A stretch of DNA of 61,313 bases, counting the filler, from Sphacelaria rigidula (taxonomy: Eukaryota), in NCBI GenBank assembly GCA_964200075.2. It is 10 parts of 10 records of this genome, joined end to end, with 100 filler letters (N's around TTAATTAATTAA, not from the genome) between each part and the next. Parts side by side here need not be neighbours in the genome. Positions count along the whole stretch, not along the records: positions 12,285 to 18,326 come from CAXNAA020022620.1; positions 18,427 to 24,467 come from CAXNAA020022621.1; positions 24,568 to 30,608 come from CAXNAA020022622.1; 7 more parts are not named here. One strand, written 5' to 3'. Positions within the stretch are counted from its first letter, which is position 1; the number at the start of each line of letters is the position of its first letter. Both the position numbers and the translations under genes were made by a program. Shown here piece by piece: positions 12,995 to 24,924 of this stretch. A model generated the notes under the pieces. It was not told the origin of the DNA, ran no database searches, and worked only from the letters and a program-made list of their open reading frames with translations.

Positions 12995-13547
12995 CTGTTT
13001 GCATCTGGCGTAGGTAAATATTTGCTTTGATCACAAGATATTACATTGTGACTGCACCCGAGACAAATTGAAATTGTGCGGTTCTGTTCTTGCGGTGATC
13101 GTGCCAGCCCTAGACTACTCCTGTGAACCAGTCACAGCGTACAGATATGCTGGCACATACAGAGCGTGCAAAAAAGGCATGTGTAATAGGAAAGTTGGAA
13201 GTATACGACAAATTGCATCAAAGCAGCGGTGCGGAATACTCCAAGCGTAATGTATAGCGTGGTGCCAAAACACGTGGACAACTGCTGCAAACGTGCGGTG
13301 AAGAACTAGCTTTCTCGGGCTCAAACTAGGAAAATCCTGCTCTTGTCGAACGGAAGCTGACAAAAAAAACCGTCTCCAGCCACAACCACGAGCTTGAACA
13401 ATCAATGGTCGGGAGTAAAACGTGGGTGACTGACTGAGAGTAAAACGTCGAAAGACGTAGAGTCTTATCGTCCTGGAAATCATCCCCCCCATTCACGGTG
13501 AGCGGCACTTTAATGAACACCCCGCGGGCGAAGCTATAATACCTCAC

Positions 13548-14080
13548 CTGTGGCATTCACCTCCTCCTTCGCCTGTTGTTCGGCCGCCATCTCGCGCCGG
13601 AACTCATGTAGCGCCGCCATCGCCCGCGCTGCTTCCCCGTCGTCGTGTCGTTCATCATCACCGTCCCCAAAGCTCGCACGCCCATCGATCACCGAAGACC
13701 TACCACCAGAAAGTGATCCCCAGCTCACACGAGGCCGACCCCCGCCGCCGCTCCTGCAGACGGCCCTTGTACGCAATCCCAACGAGGTGGTGTTCTCCAA
13801 CGTATCGAGCAGTATCACCTCAGACTTTGTGAATGGCTCAGATGCAGTCGCCTCGTCACCACGGTCGTGGTAGCCATTTGTGCGACCTGTGTTGCTGTCA
13901 TCGAACGGCGGGTAGGTTGGAACCGCCGATGACGTCCGGGGTGCACCGCTGCCGGATAGGGGTGACGAGGTGGGACCCGTGGCGACCGCGTCTCCACCGT
14001 CATCCCAGGAAGAGGCCGAGTTGACGACCTCGTCTACGATGTCGTCCCACTCATTGCGAACGCCGTCGGGGGTCACCAAC
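13548..14080 (-). CDS. Exon C of the same gene
   Basis: Acceptor CAAAG|, donor |GTGAGG, 533 nt and GC-rich (LVTPDGVRNEWDDIVDEVV...AAEQQAKEEVNAT), phase 2 to 1. AT+G across the junction gives Met. Confidence 0.7.
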
Positions 14081-16532
14081 CTTTGTATTGTTGCGCGCAG
14101 GGGGTGAGGGAAGAAAACAAACAGTTCATCGGGTGTGAAGGCTCAGCGCAGTACACAAATGTAGAAACACGAACGGGTCGGAGGTGGCGGGAACGACATC
14201 GCACGAGAAACAGGCGAAAATAATGGGTTATGAGGACGGGGCCAGAGATATCAAGATACGCCGATAGGTGACGTACAATCGGCAACGGCACCGACTTCAT
14301 GACCGAACAAGACGTGGAGGACATGAAGTCGCGAAGGCAGCAGCGACTTGGATGGCTCGCGATTGAACTCACGCACAAGACTCGGCGTGAAGCTATGCGC
14401 TCGTACTTCCCGAACATGCAGAAAATCAACGCGCGCGTTGTGTTGCTGAGAAACACATTTCCGCTTCGCCCGAAACCATGTACCATTTACAAGACAACGC
14501 GTGCAGGGAAACCTGACTCTGCAAATGAATGCAATGCTCGTATCCCCATCGACAGATCAGCAGACGGTACGTCAACGTAAAAATAGAGCTTACAGGGCGG
14601 CTCACGCTCATTACTTATTACCCAACAAATATTCGTCGGCCAAGCTTCACACCGAGTGTTAAAGTTAGACTTTGAAAATTGCATACATGTACTATGGATC
14701 AATGCAATACTTCGTTTGCCGGGGTCCCAGTGCTCTGGGGGGTCCTGTGCCTCCTGTAGCCCCAGACAAACATAGCGCGATGAAAACTAACTTTAGGCAC
14801 TTCTTCAAGAACTCTCAACTTGCACGTTGAAGGTACAAAACACTGAATGCTTCTGTGAAGAAGATTTGACTCGCACTACGGACTTCTCTCGAGGACGGTA
14901 GGGGCTTCAAGGAATGGTAAATACATGTAAATGAACGAAATGAGATCTTCCCGGTAAACGGGAACTTACTACGACCTGGTTCACCCTCACTGCTCGAAAT
15001 TGTGTCATCAGCAAATGCATTCCGCACTATCTACCCCATGGCCACATACATGGTATGATACGAACCGCCATGGACGCCTGCAGAGGGTGACATGGACAAA
15101 ATCTTGTGTGAGGTCAGAGGGGCGGCGCTAAGGACAAAAAGGTACAGTACCTCGATCAATCAACGCCCTTCAAATTGTCCGAAATCGAAGCACGAGTTCT
15201 CAACACAACTTTTACCCCATCTCAACATGCCTCGAATCGCAGTTACCGCCAATAGCTCGCAAGTTTAACAGGAAAACCTATGTGAAAACAACTGCTATGG
15301 AATTGACCTATACCCAAATTCATAGTACTTGGGTTTCGTGGGACTTCGACATCTCCGAATTTCCACTGATAGTAGACACTAGAAGCCCGGCAAGCCAACT
15401 GATGGTTTCCCTTACATTCGTTGTAGAACAGCTCCGACCGCTCTCGAACTTGGCAGTTCGGTAGATATTGGTCCTTGGAATGGAAAAGATGTACTATTGC
15501 AAAGGATGAAATTCCCCCCGCTCTTAACCGGCTTCCGGGAGTACCAGAGTGAAAACCCCCGAAAACCGGTACAGAATATACCAGAATATGAAATGATTTT
15601 TTCTGTGCCCTGGGGCAGATCAAGGAGCATTTGTACAAAGTTTCGTTGCGAAAAGCGAAAGCCTTACGCAGTTTTCTTCGATTAACGTAGAACATATCCG
15701 GAAGAGATGTTTTCGTACTTAAATCAAGTAGTTACGAGTTTGTACATTTCGAGCCTAGCTCACCACATATAAGCGCGAATGTTGACGCCGATTCTTGAAG
15801 TTCGACTCGGAAACCTTAGCACAATTACACCATGGGACACTTCAAAACATTTTATGAATATGGGTTTTTAATCCATTCAATGTTTTGCTAGTCATCGGGA
15901 GTCTCAGAAGGGCATATGACTCCCCAACGCGGTGGGACCCCCGATAACTGATGAGAAAGAAGAAAAATAAAGAACTCCATTCATAGATAGTTTCGCAATG
16001 TCTCAAAGTATATGTGTGAAGCATTTCAGAGTCTAAATCCAAATTTTGGCGTGGAAAATTGCGCATGAATGAATTCCGAGTGATGAGCATGAACCAGCTC
16101 GTGCGCGGACATGGAAGTGCCCCCACCGGGAAAGTTGAATGAGTACAAAAACAATTGAGAACGTTCCACAACTCGGAGCATTCGAAGGTTCGTTCGAAAG
16201 AAGTCTCCGGTTCGCCCCCAAAGCTTGACTGCGTGCACAAAGCGTCGATCAAGTGCGCTGATATCATCTCAAAGAGAGAGAGAGAGTGGTTAGAGCAAGC
16301 CATTATTCGAGAGGGCAGAACTGCCTGACCCTCCGTTCTAGGAAAGACGATTAATTCCTCCCAGCACCCACGCAGGCATTCCGTAGGCACTTGGTGTTTT
16401 TCACGCCGCGATAAGTGAACTCGGAACCACCAACATGAACACCTCCGCCGCGCTGTTCATGAAAGGAGCTACTGATTTCCATAGAATTGGTATATATATA
16501 TATATAAGCATTTCATAGTTTTTCGTACTCAC

Positions 16533-16792
16533 ATGACGTTGGCGAGATTGTCCACATGAGCGACGAACGACACGAAGGTCTCGCCAGCGTCCTTCTTAGG
16601 CGGGCATTGATCATTAACCACGTCGTGGTCTACAGCGGTCTCCTGTGGAGCCGAGTGCACACTATCGTATCTTGCATTGGCTGTAGCGTCCTTCGCGGGG
16701 TTCACGGTGCGGGGAATGTTTTCGTCGCCATGTTTCACCCTGTTCACTATGGATGCCAGGAAGCCATGTACTGACAGCGCCTCCGGAAGCGC
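16533..16792 (-). CDS. Exon B of the same gene
   Basis: Acceptor CACCAG|, donor |GTGAGT, 260 nt (ALPEALSVHGFLASIVNR...DNLANV), phase 0 to 2. Confidence 0.6.
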
Positions 16793-17559
16793 CTGGTGGT
16801 ATTTTTGAGGTTTTGACGTATGTACACATGTTGATGAATATTGTGATGGAAACAGCAAGCAAAATGAGCACATGGACAGACAACAGGCAACCCAAGGGGA
16901 GAACAAATGCATGATGATACCTTGGACCGCAAGGGGTGGGGACAAATAATGTGGAGAGTAACAACATACGATTTTGGTATTTTGAGCTTTACTGAGGACG
17001 ACCGGCGATTGGCGTAGTGCGAAAAACGCTCGATAGAGCTACACGTGCAAAGCTCTATGTTTTTCCATGTGTGCGTGTCTTTGAGTATATGACCTCAGAG
17101 AATTCGCCGCAAAACGAAAATAGTATATCGTATGTGCGTATCTAACGATGTTCTCCTCCAACCTTGAAGCACTAACGCCCGGTAACCCGTGCCTGATTCC
17201 GGCTCATACAGGGGCAAAACACACTAGAGCGAGCCATTCACCCGAGGAGAGCCGATGTCCTGGATACTGGAATACTCACCAGCACATCTTAGACACACAT
17301 GCACAGTCCTCTCATGCATACGTTTTGACGATATGTACCGCTCTTTTTGTAATTGTCATGATCCTGGTCTTCGAACGCCATCCACCACACCGCTCGACCG
17401 GGCTCATGTATTCGTGAGGAAGCGCTATTATTGTTCTTTTTCGTGGGTCAAGTTCCTACCGGATGGGGTAAAGTGGCAAGGCCCAGACCGTTGCGCATCA
17501 TATCCCGAAGCCAACCGGGGGGAGGAGAGTGAGAGAAAGGGGTGGTGGGTGGGGGACGA

Positions 17560-17664
17560 GGTGAGGGGTGTACTCATGATCTTGCATGCCGTAGTCATAA
17601 GACCATTGACCTCGCATCCCTACATAGTCGGGATGGAGCACGCCGGATTTTCGCCGGATTAGGC
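17560..17664 (-). repeat. LINE-like 3' end, subfamily B, in an intron
   Basis: rc GGGATGCGAGGTCAATGGTCTTATGACTACGGCATGCAAGATCATGAGTACACCCC, with G-rich flanks on both sides of the + strand. Confidence 0.7.
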
Positions 17665-17846
17665 GAGGGGGGGGAGGTGGGGGGTTACGTCGAGGTTATG
17701 TAAAGTACCGTCGAACAGGACTGAAAGCGTTGTGAACTTGTTTGTTTATTTTCATTATTACGGAAGTTGTGTTGTACAAGTGCGGACATGCCATCACAAA
17801 TGTTCAGGACGGAGACATACCAATGTGCACACAAGCTTGTACTCAC

Positions 17847-18212
17847 GTGAAAGGCGCCGAGGGATGTGATGCCGGCCAAGTAGCTCCTGACCAAGTTCGC
17901 GTCAGCCTGGCGAATGTTGTCATGGGAGGAACGCAGGATATCTGGAAGCTTTCCCACCTTCCTCAACATCTTCGTCGCCCAGTTTGGGAGACTGTGCGCC
18001 ACACGCGGAAGAGGTCTTGTGGGAAACCGTAAAGATTGTTTCTCGCGCTCCGTCATGCGGGAGCCCTTGGGTCCCTGCAGGCAGGCGAGCCGTCTTTTAC
18101 GAAACGCCTCCTTGGAACCCAGTGACAGGAGATCTTTTGATCCAGAACGATCGCTGTCGCCCCCCCCCCTGACCTCGATAGCACACACGAGCAACATCAG
18201 CGCCAGTCCTAC
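17847..18212 (-). CDS. Exon A of an unknown multi-exon protein-coding gene (contig 3)
   Basis: Acceptor GACAG|, donor |GTGAGT, 366 nt open (VGLALMLLVCAIEVR...ITSLGAFH), phase 0 to 0. Confidence 0.6.
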
Positions 18213-18270
18213 CTGTCATATAGGTATAAAAAAGGGTGAACCAGCGGCGGCAGATACGGGGGGTGAGAGG

Positions 18271-18326
18271 GGGGGGGAGGGCGTACTCATTTGTTGCTTG
18301 CCTTAGTCGTGTGGCCATTGACCACG
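18271..18326 (-). repeat. LINE 3' end fragment, subfamily A
   Basis: rc CGTGGTCAATGGCCACACGACTAAGGCAAGCAACAAATGAGTACGCCC followed by a C-run. Confidence 0.7.
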
Positions 18327-19433
18327 NNNNNNNNNNNNNNNNNNNNNNNNNNNNNNNNNNNNNNNNNNNNTTAATTAATTAANNNNNNNNNNNNNNNNNN
18401 NNNNNNNNNNNNNNNNNNNNNNNNNNCTAATTGACCGTCGCCTACAATCAAAGTGTTTCCATGTACTTACTATTTATACCCGAGTCGGGCAGCATCAGAG
18501 TGGCCCAAAGTTACGCCAAAAATATCTTCTAGTGAAGCCAAATCGCGTAAAAACACGCCTCCGGAGGGGTGCCTCCGGCGGGGCCCCCTCACCAGCGGGG
18601 GGGGGGCGGTGGTCGCGGCGAAGCCGGGACCACGCGGCTTCGCCGCGGCACCAGTGTACTGTTTAGACCCAGTATACTGGCTGCTGACCGCAGCCAGTAC
18701 CCAACCCCTAGGTTTTAGAGATTTGGGGGCGGTGAATAACGTATTCCAGTCTGTAACGTCCCTTGGTGGCATAGTGTACGCCCGTTTTTGTAGTTAGAAC
18801 ATGACAATGTAGACGGGGCATGGACAACAGTTTGGCCGATGGGTGCGACCCGCTACAGCCGCCAGCGCAGTAGTTGCAGCCAACGAGGGACCGCAACAAG
18901 TGACGAGGAGCAACTGCGCTACGTTTGCAAGCATCTGAGCAAGTGGAATCTCCTCATTTCATCCGGTGAGTAGCAAGGTCGGTGCCCCCAGCGGCAGGTG
19001 TACACTCTACAGACAGCAGTCGGCACCCGCATGTCCCCTCCGAGAAGCGAGTGCATCCGAGTCCCTTTAATCACAGGTCTGCAACGCCTGCGCCATCTCG
19101 TTCTGTATATAGTTTGCCGACGCTGTGCAAAATTTGGGGTCAATCGAGCCATGCAGTGTGGAGAACGGCGTGTCATCTTGAAATTAACCCCTGCAGGATC
19201 TTGCGGCATCATCCACGACCCTGCCGAACGGTGAAACGAGACCTCATTTTCGCTAGTTTGCAGGCACGAGAAGTGAGCCCAATCGTCCCGCATATTCTGG
19301 TGCAGGCTCCAGGCCCTTGTAGACTTCGTGTCGTGTATCGCGTATGTGTGTTGTATCGCATACGATGTATTCTTGTATTGGTGTAGTGTAGGGTACTGCA
19401 CTGTGCTGTACTCGTACTGTACTGTGTACTGTA

Positions 19434-19849
19434 ACAGACAATTCTAAGAAATCAGGTTGTATACTAAAATGAGGTTCGAGCCCAAAACAGTGCTGTCTTG
19501 ACACTTTCAGCGATGGTGCCCGATGACGTTTTAGTCGGCCTGATACCCCTCGATCGCGTAGATAATGTTTCAGCGTATTTTACCGACTCTGTGGGCTTAC
19601 CGAGCAGAGCGAAGCCCTCATTTTCCCCGATGTCACCCCCCCCCCCCTCAAAAAGCAGGGAAAATGACGGTTTCGGTCAGCGCTGTAAGCTCACAGTCAG
19701 TAAAATGCGCTGAAACATTATCTACGCGATCGAGGGGCATCAGGTCGACAAAATAGTCATCGGGCACCATCACCGAAAGTGTGAAGACAGCATTGTTTTG
19801 GGCTTGAACCTCCTTTTAGTGTACAACCTCATTTTTTAGAATGGTCTGT
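19434..19849. mobile_element. Foldback element with ~190-bp inverted arms
   Basis: For example CCCCTCGATCGCGTAGATAATGTTTCAGCG at ~19546 pairs with CGCTGAAACATTATCTACGCGATCGAGGGG at ~19708. A solo arm lies at ~35968-36150. Confidence 0.85.
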
Positions 19850-20292
19850 CCTGTCCTCTTGTACACCCGGTACCGCACGAATTAGGAACCGTGGCCTCGA
19901 TGACTCCGCGCGATAGCATCTGTACTGCCCAACGGCTGCAACAACTCCTCCGCTCGGGTGCCAACAACACACAACGGTACACCGCTCACTTTGCCCTTTG
20001 TATCCACCTGCACCGCACCCCCCTAACTCGGACCGTTGACGCAGGGGGCAGTCTACACTCCGATGGACACCGCCCATGGATACTGAAGGTATGCATGCGG
20101 CCAACACCGCTGGTGTTGGCCCCGTTGGTTTGGAGGTGAGGTCGTGAAACTCAAAATCGAACGTGTCGGCCGTGCAACCGATCATCAGAGGTGATTTCGT
20201 CGTTATATGCACATCGATAACGCTGCGAGAATTATGACTCGTGTCGCCGCAGATGAATGGCGTCATGACGTCCATCAATCCTCCTGCCGCTA

Positions 20293-20923
20293 CGAGCTGG
20301 GCCAGCTTGAAAGCGGCTAAAAGTTGCTCACACCACAGCTTTTGCAGTTTCCCGAATGAACCCGATGTAAGCATATCACTGTGAACTGCAGACCCACCTG
20401 GTGACAAAGAACTGCATTGCTGTTCCATCGACGTCGTATTGCCGACGACGTTATTGTACTGCGTAGAGTAAGGGGTGCGTCTCACATCGTGGAGCGATAG
20501 CGTGTCGGAGTGTGTGTGTGCGTGTGTGTATGTTTATGCGGCGAGTTTACGTCAATAATCACCCCGTACTGGGTATTAGCGGGGTGCAGCAGCGTCACGG
20601 AAAATGTTGCACGCGCGACCCAATTCGACGACTCTTGAGCTGAAATTTCAGGAAGACCTTCTGCACCCAAGGAAATGATACTTCACGTGAGCAGGTGCAG
20701 ATTCTCATTTCTTTGCTGGACATATGACATTATCTTTTTTTTGCTGAAATTTCAAATGCCCATAACCTCTTCTACCCCCCCCCCTTTTTTTCTGTGCTGC
20801 GGACGTGATCTCCTGCATTTTGATAATAAAAAACTGCTGTCAAAATTTCAGCGACCAACGCCTAATATCGCGCCGTGCGTCGCCTGAGTGAGAAAACCAC
20901 CCATTGTTGGCTGGCCTAGCTCG
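20293..20923. mobile_element. TA-flanked TIR element, short variant with a different interior
   Basis: TA|CGAGCTGGGCCAGC ... GCTGGCCTAGCTCG|TG. Confidence 0.6.
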
Positions 20924-23729
20924 TGGCCCCGGCGGATGAAATGTGCAAAGAAAACTTCTGCACATTAGACAAGTCGAACCACCTGCATTCGATTTAACTC
21001 ACTCTGGTACCACCCCAGGTCTCCGTTTTACGGTATACCCGGCGGTACCAATATCCATGGGTTCACATCACGTGCCGCACTCGTGCAGATCATTTGGTCC
21101 GCGGCGAGGATCCGTGATTATCGGCATGCATTGGTAGATTATTCTGCCTGTTGTGTTCGCCCGCCAACGGCAAATTCACCCCTCCAGGTTTTCGCTTACA
21201 GCACTTGTCGCCCACGGGGTCGCCCATGACGGCACCGGAACTTATCGGCGTACTATATTCTCGCCCACGCACACCATTGTTGAAGTCCTGTCAGGAGTTC
21301 AAGATGATCATCGACAAATATATTCGGAACCTCCCTGTAGTGGGCCACGGTACGACACAGTAATGAGGGAAGTGCGCGCACGTTGTGCGGAAGAAATCCA
21401 GCGGTTGCTACCCCTAGCGACAGCCGTGGTGGGCCTTGCCGCGGCTCCCTGAAAGATTCGACGTGTCTGGCATAAACCTATTGCATCACAGCGGACCGAT
21501 ATGAGGGGTCCCGCCAACTCAACACGAGCGTCGAGATTCACGAAGTAGCGCTAAAACGGACGTCATGAAGAGATGTCAGCGTTTTTCACCCAGCTGACGG
21601 TAAAGGCGGCGGCGTCAGCCCATTTCCATAACTCCGGCGCTGACCACCCAACCCCAAGAGCGAAGCAGGCCCTGCCAATCTTCCATCTCTCCACCGAGCA
21701 GGCAAGTTCCAATTAGTATGCTTCTTCCCTGGCTTTGCCGTAACACAAACCAAAGGCAATGGGTCCACACAACCTCGCTCTTCGGCGATCGTGGTTCCGC
21801 CTGATGCCGGCGCTGTCCTCATGGTCGCCTCTCCTGTCTTTGTGTGCTCCAATACTAACAGGACACATCCGTTACCCGCGCCCTACCCTCGTGTCTTACC
21901 ATGTGCTGGCGCCTTTCAGGCCACGAACGACAAGCTGATTACTGTCATCGAGGATGTCAACATGGTCGAGTTCAGGTACCCCATGGGTGCGTTGAAACTG
22001 AGTGGGAATCGCGTAAGTTCTCGGGTGCGCGATGGGGAATTTTACACACTGGTGCAGCATTGAGACACCGGGTACTGCCATGCTTTTTCGAAACCATATA
22101 TTCTGCAGCAGTGGGTTCGTGCCACACCGGAGTGAAACTACGACCCTGGTGCTGAGCAAGCAGCGTACGACTTTTTCCTGCAGACGTTTCACAACGTGCG
22201 ATTCGCCGATTATTGCAGGCGACTAGGAGAGAGACATCCACGCGGCAGGCTCTGCGTACAACGCTGAAGGCCGCCCCCGTTGCCACCAAGCCTGAAGCGC
22301 CGCCTGCGAACAGGGGCGGCGGTGGTGCTTCGGGTGGCACTGACAGAATCGCGCTGGCGCGAAGGCAGCTCTGCTTGCGGTAAAGTTGACCGAGGTGTCC
22401 TTCGGGAAGCTCACAGCCGGCCTGTTGAGAGACCACACCCGAGTGGTGGTGGGTAGCCTGAAGATTCAAAGGAAGGCCCAAAATACGCCCATGAGCGCAG
22501 CTGCATCACACGGGGATTGTTACTCCTGGGGAGAGCAGTGGAGTGTTGGAGAATTAATTTCGACGACGTCCAGGAAGCATCGGCCATGGAAGCCGTGGAT
22601 GTCGACGTTGGTTCGCAACGGTAGGGGGAACCTTATGTCTGGCGACTTTTAAATTGTCTTTCCGATAGTGTGAAGAGTACGGCTATGTAAGGTTCACCCA
22701 CGACAAATGTGCGCATGGCCGCGCTTGATTCGCTTCTGTGGGTAGGGTTAGCGTGGTGTGCCTTGTTTTCTAACGTGTCGCTAAAGTAGTGTGTCTGTGA
22801 ACTTTTGGTGACAGCGGTGTGTGTAGGGCATGCGTGTGGAATACACCGTGACCACTAGGGGTAACTCATACGTTTCAGAAGTGGCACTACAGCCACCGGA
22901 TATCTATCTCGACTACCAAAATCTCGGAGCACGTCGCACTTGCTACGGTAGATGTTCAAGTGGCAAGCTGTCATGCGCAAGAAATTACCAAGGAATCGGG
23001 GCTGGTTTGCATAAGTTGTGCATGATAACCCCCACGTGTTTCATATTGGGGCATTTGAAGATGAGCGTTTATCCTTAGGACGGATATTGCACGCACGGTA
23101 CATCGTGTGAAACAGAGTCGGTTCCACTTTAATCATTTTTTTCTTCGTCGTTTTTTTCGCCGTCGGCGATTTCCAACAGGTTTTCCTCGCGTGCGACCGC
23201 CTATCGCAGTGCACGATTCCTCCCAAAGATTGGGGATCAGGGTATATTTGCGCAACATACCGTCATGAGGATCATTGATGTACAGTATCGGACGACCTAT
23301 GGGCTGACTGGCGCTCGGGCGTCCTGCGACTATGCAGCCCCGGGTTTTCACATTTTGGCGTTTTCGTTCGATTTAAACGATCCCGATCATTATCGTGGAG
23401 CAAATACTGGGCATTGTTACCATAGTCTACTGTTCGTCGCTCAATAGCCGGGACATCGTGCTTATGGGACCACTGATGGTCGATAACACCCACCTTATAC
23501 ACGGCATTCGTACTCCATATCACCACGATAAGACGGGGCGAAGGGTAGAGTCCCGAGCACCATTTGCTTAATTTTAAAAAATCTGTCGACGCCAGAACTT
23601 TCGAGTGCTAGGGACGAATGTCACGGTATATAATTCAGGAAAATACCCGACGGTGATATTTTCCGAACCGAGTTCCGTGCAGCTCAGGGGTCGTGAATCA
23701 ATCCTGATCTCACTCTATTGACAAATGTT

Positions 23730-23963
23730 GAGTGATGCTACGGTTGGGGTGCACGAATATTTCTGAGCTTAGAATTGTTCGGAGTTATGAAATACGTGAG
23801 AGCACGCCAGGATTACTATTTCAATGTGCTAGAGACATCATCCCGAATGTAATTTGCTAGCGGAGATACCCCGACCCATATTCTTGTGCGTCTAGAATGG
23901 TCAGGAGCCCCTGAACCAGACAAGATTTTGCGAAAAAGGTGCACCCCTGCCGTAGCATTGCTC
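23730..23963. mobile_element. MITE (GAG...CTC) with perfect 4-bp TSD TGTT
   Basis: TIRs GAGTGATGCTACGGTTGGGGTGCAC / rc GAGCAATGCTACGGCAGGGGTGCAC. Flanks TGTT/TGTT. Confidence 0.9.
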
Positions 23964-24397
23964 TGTTACAGACCCTTGTAATTTTCTGTAGCTGTTTATT
24001 GCGCGAGATCTGGAAATAAGTAAGTGTCGTTGATAAAAAATGGCCAAAACCACCCCTGTAGTTATACGGAATTAAGAATTTCAGTTCCTGTTTAGGCGAC
24101 TTTTTCTCGTGGAATATTTTTCGGCTCCATGTGACAAAATGACATCAATCATCTCCACATTGAGTGCTACCTTTCCGATCAAACCGGGGCACTTCTAAAT
24201 CCATACAGATCTGTGCCCAAAATCTGTATGGATTCGGGATTGTCCGGGGTTTAACATGAGCCTGGCATGCCAAAAGTTAACGCCCAGAGAATCGGAGATT
24301 TGATATGGTCTTTTCACAGCTAGCCACAAAACATTGCCCGTAGTACCGAAGTCCTTGAAATCGAAACACGGGAAAAAATCGCCTGCAGACGGTCTGA

Positions 24398-24467
24398 GAG
24401 CAATGCTACGGTAGGGGTGCACTTTTCTCGCGAAATTTTGTCTGGTTCAGGGGCTCCTAACGATTCT
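24398..24467. mobile_element. Left end of the same MITE family, truncated by contig end
   Basis: GAGCAATGCTACGGTAGGGGTGCACTTTT...; colinear with 35096-35170. Confidence 0.85.
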
Positions 24468-24567
24468 NNNNNNNNNNNNNNNNNNNNNNNNNNNNNNNNN
24501 NNNNNNNNNNNTTAATTAATTAANNNNNNNNNNNNNNNNNNNNNNNNNNNNNNNNNNNNNNNNNNNN

Positions 24568-24829
24568 TACACCTTTCGGTAAACGTGGGCGCACCAGCCG
24601 GGGTCACACAGGAGGAAGGCCAACACAGGATTTTTTTTTATCGCGGGAGGGGTTCAGCAGTCCCTTTTCTTCGTCGACCATTCAGTCAAATTTCGTGTAC
24701 CCGCGACACAGTCGCTCTCCACTGTTGAGCATTGTGCGAGAAAAAATCCCAGATCGCTCCGAGATTCGAACTAATGACCCAACCGTCAAAAGGTTTCGAG
24801 GTCACCAACTGAGCCACCGGGGCGACCGG
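24568..24829 (-). mobile_element. tRNA-derived SINE (partial)
   Basis: Minus-strand head CCGGTCGCCCCGGTGGCTCAGTTGGT (A box) ... GTTCGAATCTC (B box). Body colinear with 42395-42748. Confidence 0.8.
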
Positions 24830-24924
24830 TCATATGTATGCGCAACGAATGTTCAGGAATTTCCAGAGATCTTCGAAAGGCGGCATCGATGCGATACGAA
24901 GCGAAAGCGGAACAGCGAATATTT

